A stretch of DNA of 32,000 nucleotides from Candidatus Electronema aureum (GCA_004284765.1 NQJD01000016.1:22597-54596), one strand, 5' to 3'; numbered from the stretch's first letter, positions 1 to 9,101 are shown. Notes: a model not told the origin generated them from the sequence alone. Made by a program: numbers and translations.

Positions 1-474
1 TTTTACGCCTTTGCCGTGGGAAGCGGCAGGAAAGCCCGTGAGCGACTGTTTGAAGATGGCAAAAACGCAGGTATCTTCACTAAAGTGCTTTTGGATGCTT
101 TGAGAAACGCTCGACCAGTGCAGGGTGTAGTTACAGGACAAGCACTAAAAAACCATATTCATAACAGCATTTCCCGGTTTGCAGGCGACCATGAAGCCGA
201 GCCGCCGGAAATCCGCCTTGATTCTAACCAAGACATCAGCTTCTTTAAGCGTAAGTCAGCTGGCACGGTGCCGGTCATGGTCAATATTCAGTCCTACAGT
301 GACACGGATATGCTAATTCTCTATGACGGTTTGTCTCAAAAAATCAGGCAGGAAGCGGCAACAGCTTCAGTGATGACGCTGGATTTAGAGCCAGGGATAT
401 ACAAAGTCAAAATCGGCAACACGGGCCGTGAGAAACTTTTCGAGGTGCCGAACAATGAGCAAATCACCGTCTGA
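1..474 (+). CDS. 3' end of a caspase-like (peptidase C14 / orthocaspase-type) protein, 5'-truncated by the window edge
   Basis: Frame 1 is open from base 1 (FYAFAVGSGRKARE...), so the GTG at 16 in the ORF track is probably internal. GIFTKVLLDALRN resembles the xFTxALLxxL motif in the small-subunit region of bacterial caspase homologues. The tail LDLEPGIYKVKIGNTG looks like a small beta-sandwich module. Stop TGA at 472-474. Confidence 0.45.
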   Translation, partial: FYAFAVGSGRKARERLFEDGKNAGIFTKVLLDALRNARPVQGVVTGQALKNHIHNSISRFAGDHEAEPPEIRLDSNQDISFFKRKSAGTVPVMVNIQSYSDTDMLILYDGLSQKIRQEAATASVMTLDLEPGIYKVKIGNTGREKLFEVPNNEQITV

Positions 475-1588
475 GCAGATTGCCCTGACTGTCAGGGCTG
501 CGGACAACATGACCGAGGTTTTTCTTGCGGACAGTCGCTTTGAGCTGATTGCCAACGGCATCGGCAGGACAGAGGCTACTGTTGCGCCGGGTCTGTACAA
601 GGCCCGCTTCCGGGTTGGCCAAGTGCAAACCGACAGCCTGATTGAGGTAGAGACTGGCGGAGCAAGCAAGATTTTTGATGGTACGGCAGTGCAATTTGCT
701 TCGCCAGTGCCAATGCCGCAAACGCTGACATACCGGCAAGCCCAAGCTGAGGCTGCGCAACAGCTGTCCCGCGTAATTAACCTGAAACAAGGCACCGGCA
801 GTCAGCTCTTTCTTTTCCTCCGGGGATTGACCGCAGAAGCCTCCCGCCCTTGGGTAGGCGTGTCGCTGCATGACCTTAGTGGTAAGCAATTCGCAGAAGC
901 AGGGCAGGGTACCTGTGATACAGCTAACTGCTTTTGTGGCCTGAACATCGAGCTTGACCCAGGCACGTACCGTTTGCGGGTGGAGGAAGAGCCGGGCGAA
1001 ATCTACGAGATGTTTATAGTCACGCTGGCGGGCTGGCAGACGCAGGTCTTTGCCTTAGCAGAAACCTCGTGGCAGCCGGGTGTGCAGGCAGTACGAGCCG
1101 CGCTGCCGGATGCCGCTGTGCTGATGGCAGAAATCGACAAGGGTTTTGATCCGGCTAACCCAGCGGTGCGCCAAACTGAGTTGCTTCGGCTTGGTCTGAT
1201 GCACGGACGCAAGATTCTAACGGAAATAGGGCTGAAAAATCTGTTAGCTGGAACATTAAATCCGATGAATGCGGTTTTTATCGCTCATCTGCTGGCTCGG
1301 CGGGAGGATGAAGTTCTTCAGGCGTTGGCAGTGGATTTGGTCGGACACATCGACAGCAGCTTGGCCGCGCATCCTGATTTGCGAGCCGCCTTACTCGTAC
1401 CGCAGTTCGTTACCAGCAACGAAACGCCGCCTATCTTTACCGCGCCGCCTATGCTCAACAGCAGTTGGCAGCTCATCACGCAGGCTGTTGACAAGGAAAA
1501 GGCAGTAATTCCATCTGGCTCACTCAACGAGCAGATCAAGGCCGGGGTGTTGAACACCGCGCTCTGGTTGTTGCATCGACTACCATAA
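455..1588 (+). CDS. hypothetical protein (377 aa): two PGxY beta-sandwich-like modules plus a helical C-terminal half; probable partner of the upstream caspase-like gene
   Basis: ATG at 455 has GAGGTG 7 nt upstream and overlaps the upstream stop by 20 nt, suggesting translational coupling. I prefer it to the GTG at 428. APGLYKARFRVG and DPGTYRLRVEEE echo the EPGIYKVKIGN tail of the upstream protein. I recognise no catalytic motif. Confidence 0.6.
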   Translation: MSKSPSEQIALTVRAADNMTEVFLADSRFELIANGIGRTEATVAPGLYKARFRVGQVQTDSLIEVETGGASKIFDGTAVQFASPVPMPQTLTYRQAQAEAAQQLSRVINLKQGTGSQLFLFLRGLTAEASRPWVGVSLHDLSGKQFAEAGQGTCDTANCFCGLNIELDPGTYRLRVEEEPGEIYEMFIVTLAGWQTQVFALAETSWQPGVQAVRAALPDAAVLMAEIDKGFDPANPAVRQTELLRLGLMHGRKILTEIGLKNLLAGTLNPMNAVFIAHLLARREDEVLQALAVDLVGHIDSSLAAHPDLRAALLVPQFVTSNETPPIFTAPPMLNSSWQLITQAVDKEKAVIPSGSLNEQIKAGVLNTALWLLHRLP

Positions 1589-1673
1589 GCATGGGCTTTC
1601 TTTGAAACATCAGTAGCTTTATGGTATAAGGCCCTGAGTAGCTTAGTAATGCATCCTGTTTTTTCAATAGACA

Positions 1674-1789
1674 TAGGAGTTACGCAGTTGAAATGAAAAG
1701 TTCAACCATTACAGCAAGTTGTCTTTTTATCGTATAAATCGCCAGTTGAATAAAATCAACGGGTTGGCAATCGAACTGCGTAACTCCTA
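1674..1789 (+). mobile_element. 116-bp element with terminal inverted repeats, copy A (MITE-like; a structured RNA is not excluded)
   Basis: Starts TAGGAGTTACGCAGTT and ends AACTGCGTAACTCCTA, a perfect 16-bp inverted repeat (14 bp plus a flanking TA on each side). It is colinear with 26208-26323 at 101/116 identity by hand alignment. Internal hairpins include GTTGAA/TTCAAC and GTTGA/TCAAC. Confidence 0.7.
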
Positions 1790-1790
1790 T

Positions 1791-2000
1791 CAAATACGAA
1801 ACAGTGCATAGCCTCAGTGAGGAAGAGGTGCAGCAACATCTCCTGCGCAACGCCCTCATCGCGATCAGCCATGCGACCCGGTAAACGAAGGTGCGGGTCT
1901 TACCGTTGCCTGCCCCTGTGATCACCAAAGCCGGGCAGCCGGAATGAGTGACGGCTGATTCGGGTCACTGAGATCAAACTCAAGGCACGGAGAATGAGCG
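1791..2000 (-). pseudogene. decayed 5' fragment of a UvrD/Rep/PcrA-type superfamily-1 helicase
   Basis: Minus-strand translation gives ..DPNQ / SAVTHSGCPALVITGAGNGKTRTFVYRVAWLI / ..EGVAQEMLL. This is the N-terminal Q-motif region plus Walker A (GAGxGKT) of UvrD-like helicases. It needs at least two frame changes (about 1958 and about 1860), has no start codon, and ends at the 116-bp element. The 82-aa track ORF 1680..1928 is a chimera of this stub and the element. Confidence 0.45.
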
Positions 2001-2002
2001 TG

Positions 2003-2587
2003 TCAGAGAAACAGCTCTCTGATGTCTTGCCAAGAAGTAACCACAGGAAAGCAATGACCGTTTTGATTCCACGGCTGATTGAAGACTAAAGGCTGGATAC
2101 CTGCGACATGGAGCTGCTGGCAGGTTTCAGCTCGGTCATCGATGAAACAGTCTAAGCCCTGCTCCAAGATGTGGCGGGCTTTGTCATCATGATCGCCCAT
2201 TGCCACAACCCGGACGTGTGCCATAGCTGACGCAGGCAGAGCTTGTTCAAACCAGTCTAAGACCGGGTGCAGCAGAGGCCGAGCTGTGATGACCGTGACC
2301 CCGGCGGTTTCTGCTAACTCGGTCAGTACGTCTAACGCACCGGGGAGAGGCTGTAGTCTTGTGCCAACGGAATCATGCAGAATCTTCCTAAAGATATCAG
2401 CTACGGTTTCAGAATCAATGGGAAGACAATGCTCCACCTCGAAACGAGTGATGTCTTCCAAGCGGAAGCCGCACAGACCGTAGTCCTCACAGGCGATGCG
2501 CAGAAAGGCCTCTGCTGTATCGGCAATCACACCATCAAAGTCGAAACCAAGCCGGGCCGGATGAAGCCCGGCAGGATACACAGGCAT
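2003..2587 (-). CDS. HAD-superfamily hydrolase (5'(3')-nucleotidase-like subfamily)
   Basis: HAD motif I FDFDGVIADT lies near the N-terminus, with an FIDD-type motif IV later. The gene starts 9 nt after the upstream gene's stop, so the two are likely co-transcribed. Confidence 0.8.
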   Translation of the reverse strand: MPVYPAGLHPARLGFDFDGVIADTAEAFLRIACEDYGLCGFRLEDITRFEVEHCLPIDSETVADIFRKILHDSVGTRLQPLPGALDVLTELAETAGVTVITARPLLHPVLDWFEQALPASAMAHVRVVAMGDHDDKARHILEQGLDCFIDDRAETCQQLHVAGIQPLVFNQPWNQNGHCFPVVTSWQDIRELFL

Positions 2588-2596
2588 CGCAGAGAG

Positions 2597-3388
2597 TTAC
2601 TTAACTACCTTGGCATCTTCGACGATTGCGTCATACTTGTAGCCCGCACCGAAATCCTTGGCCTTACCCAAAGTTCCTTCAATCACCACGACAGTATCCT
2701 TTGCTGCTGTTTCTGAAGTGGTAACAACGAGATCGTGGGTGTTCTTCATCGGATCACCGCTACCGTCTTGAAGATGAATCCAGTTTTTGCCCATGATCTG
2801 CGGGGTGAACTTGACTACTTTGCCCCGCACTCGCACTTTCTGCCCATTTAACTTTTCAGCTTCGGCAAAGCATTGCTCAACCGTGCGACCAGTCTCACCC
2901 TCAGCTTTTTCGACTTTTACGTCGCTCGCTGGAACAACAGCCCGTGAAGAACCACCGGACATAGCTGCCAGCGTGGCCTCGTCAACAGGCTTGTCCATTG
3001 CTCCGGCTAACTTTGGTGTACCGCCTTCAACGGCAGGAGCAGCAGTGGTGGTGTCAACTAAACCCGGTGAAAAGATGATGGTCTCAAACTGTTTATTCAG
3101 AGCCTTAGACTCAAAGGCTTTCATTACCATACCCGGTTGAACAGCAACTTCTTGGCCCACTGTAACCTTGCTCTCTGGGATAGCTACCCACGTCTTGTCC
3201 TGCCCGTCCTCAACCAGTAGATAGGTGTAACCTGCCCCGGACATACTTTCTAACACCTTGCCTTTGATGGCTTTCTGTACTGGAGCAGCAGCGGCTTCAG
3301 TGGCAGCTGGCGCGATTTCTTCAGCCATCGCAGGATGAGTCAGCAACAGGGTCAGCAGCAAGGCGGCAGGAATGTATCGAGTGTTCAT
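2597..3388 (-). CDS. exported protein of unknown function with two OB-fold-like halves
   Basis: I place the start at ATG 3388 (MNTRYIPAALLLTLLLTHPAMAEE, a Sec signal peptide) with GGAGA 8 nt upstream, not at the track start 3490. GKVLESMSGAGYTYLLVEDG..WVAIPE and GKVVKFTPQIMGKNWIHLQDGSGD look like a duplicated OB-type module. Confidence 0.7.
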   Translation of the reverse strand: MNTRYIPAALLLTLLLTHPAMAEEIAPAATEAAAAPVQKAIKGKVLESMSGAGYTYLLVEDGQDKTWVAIPESKVTVGQEVAVQPGMVMKAFESKALNKQFETIIFSPGLVDTTTAAPAVEGGTPKLAGAMDKPVDEATLAAMSGGSSRAVVPASDVKVEKAEGETGRTVEQCFAEAEKLNGQKVRVRGKVVKFTPQIMGKNWIHLQDGSGDPMKNTHDLVVTTSETAAKDTVVVIEGTLGKAKDFGAGYKYDAIVEDAKVVK

Positions 3389-3632
3389 TGGCATGTCTCC
3401 TTGAAAGGGAATGGATACTAAGAAGCAGGGCATTGCGGCCCTTATTTTCGCACACCTTGTATTTATAGAAAATTGCCCGCACTCTGTCAACAGAACCCGG
3501 TTGTAATTGCTCTTACAGCTTCTTCTTTTTCAGGCGAGAGAACGGAATAGACAGCCTTCTGCCTTGTTTTTTCCGGTAAATCTTGTATAACCGTCTCGCA
3601 ACTGCCAGAAACATTATAGAAGGAATTTCTCT

Positions 3633-4190
3633 ATGCCGCGTCTTTTCGTCCTCCATCTTTTTCTTACTCTCCTGTCTATCGTCTTCCCGACTGCCTCAAG
3701 TTTTGCGCAGATGAATACCATGCCTCAGTATGATAGATTTTCTTTTATGCGGGTCATGGTTTGGGTGGAAAGCGTCAACACGTTGCAAAATCCGCATATC
3801 GGTAGATTTGGACTGCATCTATTTGCCAAGGATTCGTTCTCCAATAGATATTTAGTTCATATCTGCCCACAATGGTATGCTGACAATCATCCTGATCAAT
3901 TCACCTTTAAGCCGGGCGAGCAGTTGATCATCTCTGGTTCGCGTTTTGCCACTGGTCTTACGGAGAACAATATATTTGCCGCAACCATCATTAACTGTTC
4001 TCGAAATAATTTGGAACTGAACGTGCGAGACCCTTACACTGGCAATGCCTTATGGCACAATCAACCTGATAATCTCTTGGAGAAAATTCAAGAAGTACAA
4101 AGGAGATTGTTCTCAAAGCGATCACAGGCCATACAAAAGAATATAAAAGAAAATTTCCCTGTCGGTAAACCTTCTTTGGTCTCTCAGTAA
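3633..4190 (+). CDS. exported OB-fold protein resembling MamS/MamX-domain proteins
   Basis: Signal peptide MPRLFVLHLFLTLLSIVFPTASSFAQ. The pattern GLHL..YLVHICPQWY..KPGEQLIISGSRF..IFAATII..LELNVRDPYTGNALW matches my memory of the MamS/MamX-type periplasmic OB domain (GLHL, VHLgPxWY, GS, LRDxxGxPxW). The gene is AT-richer than the backbone by eye. Confidence 0.5.
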   Translation: MPRLFVLHLFLTLLSIVFPTASSFAQMNTMPQYDRFSFMRVMVWVESVNTLQNPHIGRFGLHLFAKDSFSNRYLVHICPQWYADNHPDQFTFKPGEQLIISGSRFATGLTENNIFAATIINCSRNNLELNVRDPYTGNALWHNQPDNLLEKIQEVQRRLFSKRSQAIQKNIKENFPVGKPSLVSQ

Positions 4191-4459
4191 GAGATCAAGA
4201 TTCAGTCGTACTCTATCTCAGAAAATAACGGCAAACACTACCTCCTTTGCCCCAGCCTTCCTTTCTTTACTTTCAATTAATCACCTGTTTTTTCTGCCAC
4301 ATGACTGCTAACAGAGGACTGTCTCGTGCGCCGCCTCTGCTCGCTATGCTGTCAGAGTTCCGTTTTTTGACGCAATAGGCCACTTCAAAAAGTGGCCCAT
4401 ATCCTTTATCTTCTTTTCATAAGCTTAATAAACCCCCAATCAACAAGGAGAGAACCTTC

Positions 4460-4972
4460 ATGAGACCTTGGAATCTCTTGGCTCTATTCGTAGTTTCAGT
4501 TGCTCTGCTTACAGGTGGTTGCTCTTCAAAAAAGACCAAACCTGCGCCACAGCCCAAGCCATCAGCTGTCTCTGCTGTTAAGGCCAATACGGAGTTGAAG
4601 AGCACCAGCGAGGAGCTAAAGGGTACTTCGTGGAAAGTGAGCCGCTACAACGACGGACAGGGCGGCATGACCGATGTTATCGTTGGTAAAGGTCGGACAC
4701 TGACTGCATTATTCGGCTACAGCAAGCGATTCAGCGGTTCAGCGGGCTGCAATAATTATGTAGCTCATTATACCTATTCTCCTACTGAAAAAACCTTCAG
4801 CTTTGAAATGATCTCGATGACTACCAAACAGTGCGAAACAGATGTAATCATGGAACAAGAAGGCCAGTTCATGGCCGCGTTATATACAGCAGTTTCTTTC
4901 CGTATTATAGGAAATACTCTGACTTTGAATGATGATAGTGGCAATCCAGCTGTAATCTTGACCAAAAATTGA
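4460..4972 (+). CDS. META-domain (HslJ-like) lipoprotein
   Basis: AAGGAG RBS upstream and a lipobox LLTGGC. META-domain signatures are FSGSAGCNNYVAHY and MTTKQCETDVIMEQEGQFMAAL. Confidence 0.8.
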   Translation: MRPWNLLALFVVSVALLTGGCSSKKTKPAPQPKPSAVSAVKANTELKSTSEELKGTSWKVSRYNDGQGGMTDVIVGKGRTLTALFGYSKRFSGSAGCNNYVAHYTYSPTEKTFSFEMISMTTKQCETDVIMEQEGQFMAALYTAVSFRIIGNTLTLNDDSGNPAVILTKN

Positions 4973-5026
4973 TCTTCGCAGGCAAGCGAAGTTTTTTATT
5001 AATAAAAACCCAAATAGGAGAACAAA

Positions 5027-5782
5027 ATGAAAGTACAACACGTTGTTGCAGCAATGATGATGTTTGCTACGTTGGTTCTATCGGCAGGATTTGCGCCAGC
5101 AGCTTCATTGAACGGTACCAGCTGGCTTCTGAAAACACTGAATGGGCAGCCGCTTAAATCAAACCTCCAGCTAACGCTGAATATTGAGAACGGCAAAGCA
5201 TTTGGTGATGCCGGTTGCAATAATTACTCCGGTAAGTACACAGAGGGAGGCGGAAACTCGTTACATATTGAGAAAATATACAGAACCTTAGTGATGTGTA
5301 CGCCGGATCAAATCATGACACAAGAGTCGCAGTTTGTCAGCGCATTAAAGGATGCTACCATATATCACCTTGTTGGAAAAATGATGACACTGAAGAATAA
5401 GAATGGTGTGTCTTTGGCTGTCTTTAATTCTCAGAGCCAAGTGATCAAGGGCACGTCATGGAAGGTAGGATCAATTGAAGGAAGTAATGTCATTGATGGC
5501 TCAAAGTTAACTGCAACCTTCGGCACTAACGGTACAGTTAATGGATCGGCAGGCTGTAACAGCTACTCTGGCTCTTACACTTCGTCGATTTCTGGCAAAA
5601 AAATTAACATTAACAAACTCGGATTAACGAGGATGAGCTGTCATAAACCGGTGGGTGTAATGATGCAGGAAAATAAATTTGTTGAAATGATGGAAGCAGC
5701 AAAGACCTACCGGATTGAAGCCGATAGATTGACAATAAGCAAGGCTGATGGATCGAGAGCTGTCGTCTTGTACAAGAAGTGA
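5027..5782 (+). CDS. exported protein with two tandem META (HslJ-like) domains
   Basis: AGGAG RBS and a signal peptide. There are two META units (GDAGCNNYSGKY..MCTPDQIMTQESQF and GSAGCNSYSGSY..MSCHKPVGVMMQENKF). Confidence 0.8.
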   Translation: MKVQHVVAAMMMFATLVLSAGFAPAASLNGTSWLLKTLNGQPLKSNLQLTLNIENGKAFGDAGCNNYSGKYTEGGGNSLHIEKIYRTLVMCTPDQIMTQESQFVSALKDATIYHLVGKMMTLKNKNGVSLAVFNSQSQVIKGTSWKVGSIEGSNVIDGSKLTATFGTNGTVNGSAGCNSYSGSYTSSISGKKININKLGLTRMSCHKPVGVMMQENKFVEMMEAAKTYRIEADRLTISKADGSRAVVLYKK

Positions 5783-5807
5783 TCTGAATATCAACGCAAT
5801 AGTTCTT

Positions 5808-5833
5808 CGGCCCGGAACCAGCATTCCGGGCCG
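5808..5833. terminator. bidirectional stem-loop terminator between convergent genes
   Basis: CGGCCCGGAA (5808-5817) and TTCCGGGCCG (5824-5833) form a perfect 10-bp GC-rich stem with a 6-nt loop, followed on the + strand by ATTTGCTT. It lies between the stop at 5782 (+) and the stop at 5858 (-). Confidence 0.6.
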
Positions 5834-5857
5834 ATTTGCTTCACATGGTGCAGAAAA

Positions 5858-7033
5858 TCACTCCAGCTTATACCCGCATTTCAGCGTGGCATGGAACGTA
5901 CAGCTCTGCTTGGGGTCCCACGAGGGGCCTCTTTCATTTTCACTGGCGATGTTGTACAGCTCTACATCTTTGATCACCGCTTTGAGACCAGATTTTTGTT
6001 TATTCTTCTTTTCCGCCCAAGCTTCGCATCGTTCCCAAGCCTGATTATTGATCCGCGATGTTCCGCAGTTCGTAACACCACTTCCTTGAATAGAAAATAA
6101 TTTTGACCAGCGCATTCCATCGCTGTCCACAAATTCCTTTTCAATAGGTGCTGTTTTCTTTTTTGTTTCCGCTTTGGCTGATTCATCCAAAGTGTATCGA
6201 CATTTTATACCAGCATGAAAAGAACATCCTGCGGTAGAATCTGCCGGATTTTTATTCTCAGTCGCAATATTGTACAGTTCAACACCCTTGATCACCGGTT
6301 TTCCTGAAAGCCCTTTTTTCTTTTTCGCCCAATTGTTGCATGTTTTCAACGCCTCAGTGGTAATGCGGGGGATTTCGCAGTTGGAAGTAGTGTCACCTGT
6401 GCCTTTGATAGAAATTAGCCCAGAACGCTTAAACGTACTTCCTGTGGCTCCAACAGAGAAAACGGTACCTTCTTTCGCTTTGTCGTTCTGCTCAACAGGA
6501 TTGGCATCAGTATTTTTCGGCAGAGACGGAGCAGCTATAACCACCGTCTGTATTGCAGCAGCAGCTTTTCCGGTAGGTTTGGCAGAGGAAACAAGTTTTT
6601 CTCCTGCGCCTTTGTCCTCACATTTTCCTAATAGAACTTCATCGTCTTTAACAGGCGTGCCACAGCCTACTGCATCCGTTTCTTTTGGCTTCAATAACCC
6701 AGTCAGCTTGAGTTTTACGCCTTTCTCTGCACTGTAACCGCATTTTACATTAGCATGAAAAGTGCAGTTTAACTTTGGATCCCAATAAGTTCCTTTTTCA
6801 TTTTCAGTCGCAACATTATATAGTTCTATATCCTTAATAACAATTCCTTTGTTTTGCTTTGCAAAAGATTCACATTGATCCCAAGCCTCGTTGGTTATAC
6901 GCGTTTTGCCGCAGTTGGTTGCGCCTGCGCCTTTAATATAGATCACATCTGACCATTTTAGTTCTTCGCTGAAGCCCTTTAGTGGAAAAATAAAATTCAC
7001 CAAAAAACATGCTGCAATCATTATCTTCTTCAT
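5858..7033 (-). CDS. exported protein with three copies of a ~75-80-aa four-cysteine repeat (unknown family)
   Basis: Signal peptide MKKIMIAACFLVNFIFPLKG. The repeats are at aa 26-100, 204-280 and 308-388. Each has the pattern W-S..I.GxGxTNCG..RI.N.AW..C..WA......VIKDVELYN(IV)A(ST)EN......C(ST)FHA..KC(GR)Y. Confidence 0.75.
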   Translation of the reverse strand: MKKIMIAACFLVNFIFPLKGFSEELKWSDVIYIKGAGATNCGKTRITNEAWDQCESFAKQNKGIVIKDIELYNVATENEKGTYWDPKLNCTFHANVKCGYSAEKGVKLKLTGLLKPKETDAVGCGTPVKDDEVLLGKCEDKGAGEKLVSSAKPTGKAAAAIQTVVIAAPSLPKNTDANPVEQNDKAKEGTVFSVGATGSTFKRSGLISIKGTGDTTSNCEIPRITTEALKTCNNWAKKKKGLSGKPVIKGVELYNIATENKNPADSTAGCSFHAGIKCRYTLDESAKAETKKKTAPIEKEFVDSDGMRWSKLFSIQGSGVTNCGTSRINNQAWERCEAWAEKKNKQKSGLKAVIKDVELYNIASENERGPSWDPKQSCTFHATLKCGYKLE

Positions 7034-7186
7034 CGTCCTCTCCCGGCTTGGTGTTGCAGTAGTTCGTCGATAACGTCACAATAGATATATTCCCATTATA
7101 AACAGGAAGGTATTACCGGTCAAATCTTTTTCCGCAAGGTATTAGCAAGATGCGTGAAAGTAGGCGTTTTTTTCTACCGTCTGCTT

Positions 7187-8113
7187 TCAAGCGCCAGCCA
7201 TCAGCTCGGTGCTGAGATACCGCTCGCCAGTGTCGGGCAGCAGCACCACAATCCGCTTACCTCTACTCTCAGGCCGCGCCGCGATCTTTTGGGTCGCAAC
7301 TGCTGCCGCACCGGAGGAAATACCACAAAGAATGCCTTCCAACTGGGCCAAGCTGCGCGCCGCTGTCATTGCTTCTTCGTTACTCACCTGTACTACTTCG
7401 TCAATCAACTGCTGATCCAAAATCTTCGGAATAAAACCCGCCCCAATGCCCTGAATTTTGTGCGGGCCGGGCTGACCGCCAGACAGCACCGGCGAGGCGG
7501 ATGGCTCCACCGCAATCACCCGCACAGCAGGATTTTGCTCTTTGAGGAAGCGGCCCGTACCGGTAATCGTGCCGCCAGTACCCACGCCAGCGACAAAAAT
7601 ATCAACCGTACCATCAGTTTGCCGCCAAATTTCCGGCCCGGTGGTGCGGTAGTGCATAGCTGGGTTGGCTGGGTTCTCAAACTGATTGGGCATCCAAGCG
7701 GATTCGTGTTCGTGCAGCAGTTCTTGAGCGCGGGCGATGGCCCCTTTCATGCCTGCCGCTCCGGGCGTGAGTACCAATTCTGCGCCGAGATACGCCAATA
7801 GCTTGCGCCGCTCGATGCTCATAGTTTCGGGCATGGCCAGAATCAGCCGATAACCCCGATGAGCGCAGACAAAAGCGAGACCGATGCCGGTGTTGCCGGA
7901 AGTTGGCTCGATGATCACTGTCTTGGGCGAAAGTAGATTTGCTGCTTCAGCGGCTTCGATCATCGCTACAGCGATGCGATCTTTGACGCTGCCGAGGGGA
8001 TTAGCCGACTCTAATTTGACCACGATCTCTGCCCCGCAATCCGCACCGAAGCGGTTGAGGCGCACCAACGGCGTATTGCCCACGCTGTTCGCTAAATCCT
8101 TAAATATTTCCAT
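7187..8113 (-). CDS. cysK: cysteine synthase A (O-acetylserine sulfhydrylase)
   Basis: [10 protein letters not shown], the PLP-lysine motif NPLGSVKDR, and the SSGNTG-like and GTGGT loops. A GGAGG RBS lies inside the 3' end of cysE, with a 14-nt overlap. Confidence 0.9.
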   Translation of the reverse strand: MEIFKDLANSVGNTPLVRLNRFGADCGAEIVVKLESANPLGSVKDRIAVAMIEAAEAANLLSPKTVIIEPTSGNTGIGLAFVCAHRGYRLILAMPETMSIERRKLLAYLGAELVLTPGAAGMKGAIARAQELLHEHESAWMPNQFENPANPAMHYRTTGPEIWRQTDGTVDIFVAGVGTGGTITGTGRFLKEQNPAVRVIAVEPSASPVLSGGQPGPHKIQGIGAGFIPKILDQQLIDEVVQVSNEEAMTAARSLAQLEGILCGISSGAAAVATQKIAARPESRGKRIVVLLPDTGERYLSTELMAGA

Positions 8114-9101
8114 CGCCTTTTCCTCCTTTCTGCTTGGTTTCGCCGTCTTTGCCGATGTAGATTAGCTCCGGCTGTTTGAGCAGCACTTTGGTGTCTGGGC
8201 CGATGCTCTTGGTCAGCCAGACATTACCGCCCACAATAGAACGCGCTCCGATCACAGTGTCGCCGCCGAGAATAGTGGCGTTGGCATAGATAATCGCATC
8301 ATCTTCAATGGTCGGATGCCGCTTGGCATTCTTCAGCCGCTGTACTGCATCTTTGGGCAAGGACAGCGCACCAAGCGTTACGCCCTGATAAAGTCGCACC
8401 CGCCGACCAATGGTACAGGTAGCACCGATCACCACGCCCGCGCCGTGGTCAATAAAGAACGAATCGCCGATAACTGCGCCGGGATGAATATCAATCGCGG
8501 TGCGGTGGTAGGCGTATTCGCTCATGATGCGCGGCAGCAGCGGTACTTCCAGCTCGAAAAGCCGGTGGGCCAAACGATACACTAAGACAGCAAACATACC
8601 AGGATAGCTGAAAATGATTTCATCGGCATTAGCCGCAGCTGGGTCACCTTCCAAAGCCGCGCTGATATCGGTCTCCAGTGTTTCGCGGATTTCTGGCAGC
8701 GAACGGACAAAGGCAGCAGCTATCTGACTGCTGCGCTCGCCGCAGTGCGAACAGGAATGATTGCGACGAAAACATTCGTGGCGAAGGGCAGAGTTGACCT
8801 GTTGACTCAGATTTTTGTGGAAGAGAGTCAGATTGTGTCCTATATGATAGCCCAAACTGGAACTGCTGGGGAGGGTTGAAGAGCTGAAATAACCGGGAAA
8901 GAGAATGCGTTGGGCCTGTAAGATCAGATCAACGGTTTCCCGCCAAGAAGGTATCTCCACCGGCTCAATGTGACTTGACCATCGGCGCGAGGTGAAGCCT
9001 TCGGCTAATTGACTGACCACCGAAGGAATGAAATCAGCCTCCGATATGCACGGCAACCGCACTTCCGAGGCGCAGCTGCAAGGTTCTGTTGTTTTAGACA
9101 T
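8100..9101 (-). CDS. cysE: serine O-acetyltransferase (long EpsC-type form)
   Basis: Hexapeptide-repeat core [41 protein letters not shown] plus [19 protein letters not shown]. It lies immediately upstream of cysK. Confidence 0.85.
   Translation of the reverse strand: MSKTTEPCSCASEVRLPCISEADFIPSVVSQLAEGFTSRRWSSHIEPVEIPSWRETVDLILQAQRILFPGYFSSSTLPSSSSLGYHIGHNLTLFHKNLSQQVNSALRHECFRRNHSCSHCGERSSQIAAAFVRSLPEIRETLETDISAALEGDPAAANADEIIFSYPGMFAVLVYRLAHRLFELEVPLLPRIMSEYAYHRTAIDIHPGAVIGDSFFIDHGAGVVIGATCTIGRRVRLYQGVTLGALSLPKDAVQRLKNAKRHPTIEDDAIIYANATILGGDTVIGARSIVGGNVWLTKSIGPDTKVLLKQPELIYIGKDGETKQKGGKGDGNI

Noticed and set aside
1680-1928. 82-aa minus-strand ORF from the track as an intact gene
   Set aside because: Its N-terminal part is the Walker A stub of a frameshifted helicase. 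Its C-terminal part runs through the 116-bp TIR element, so it is a chimeric reading, not a gene.
4378-4397. Hairpin GGCCACTT-CAAA-AAGTGGCC as a terminator for the 3633..4190 gene
   Set aside because: It has an 8-bp stem but lies about 190 nt downstream of the stop and has no adjacent U-tract. This is too weak to annotate as a feature.
7154-7801. 215-aa plus-strand ORF antisense to cysK
   Set aside because: It is a shadow ORF in a GC-rich gene. The protein is low-complexity and Arg/Ala/Gly-rich, while the opposite strand encodes an unmistakable CysK.
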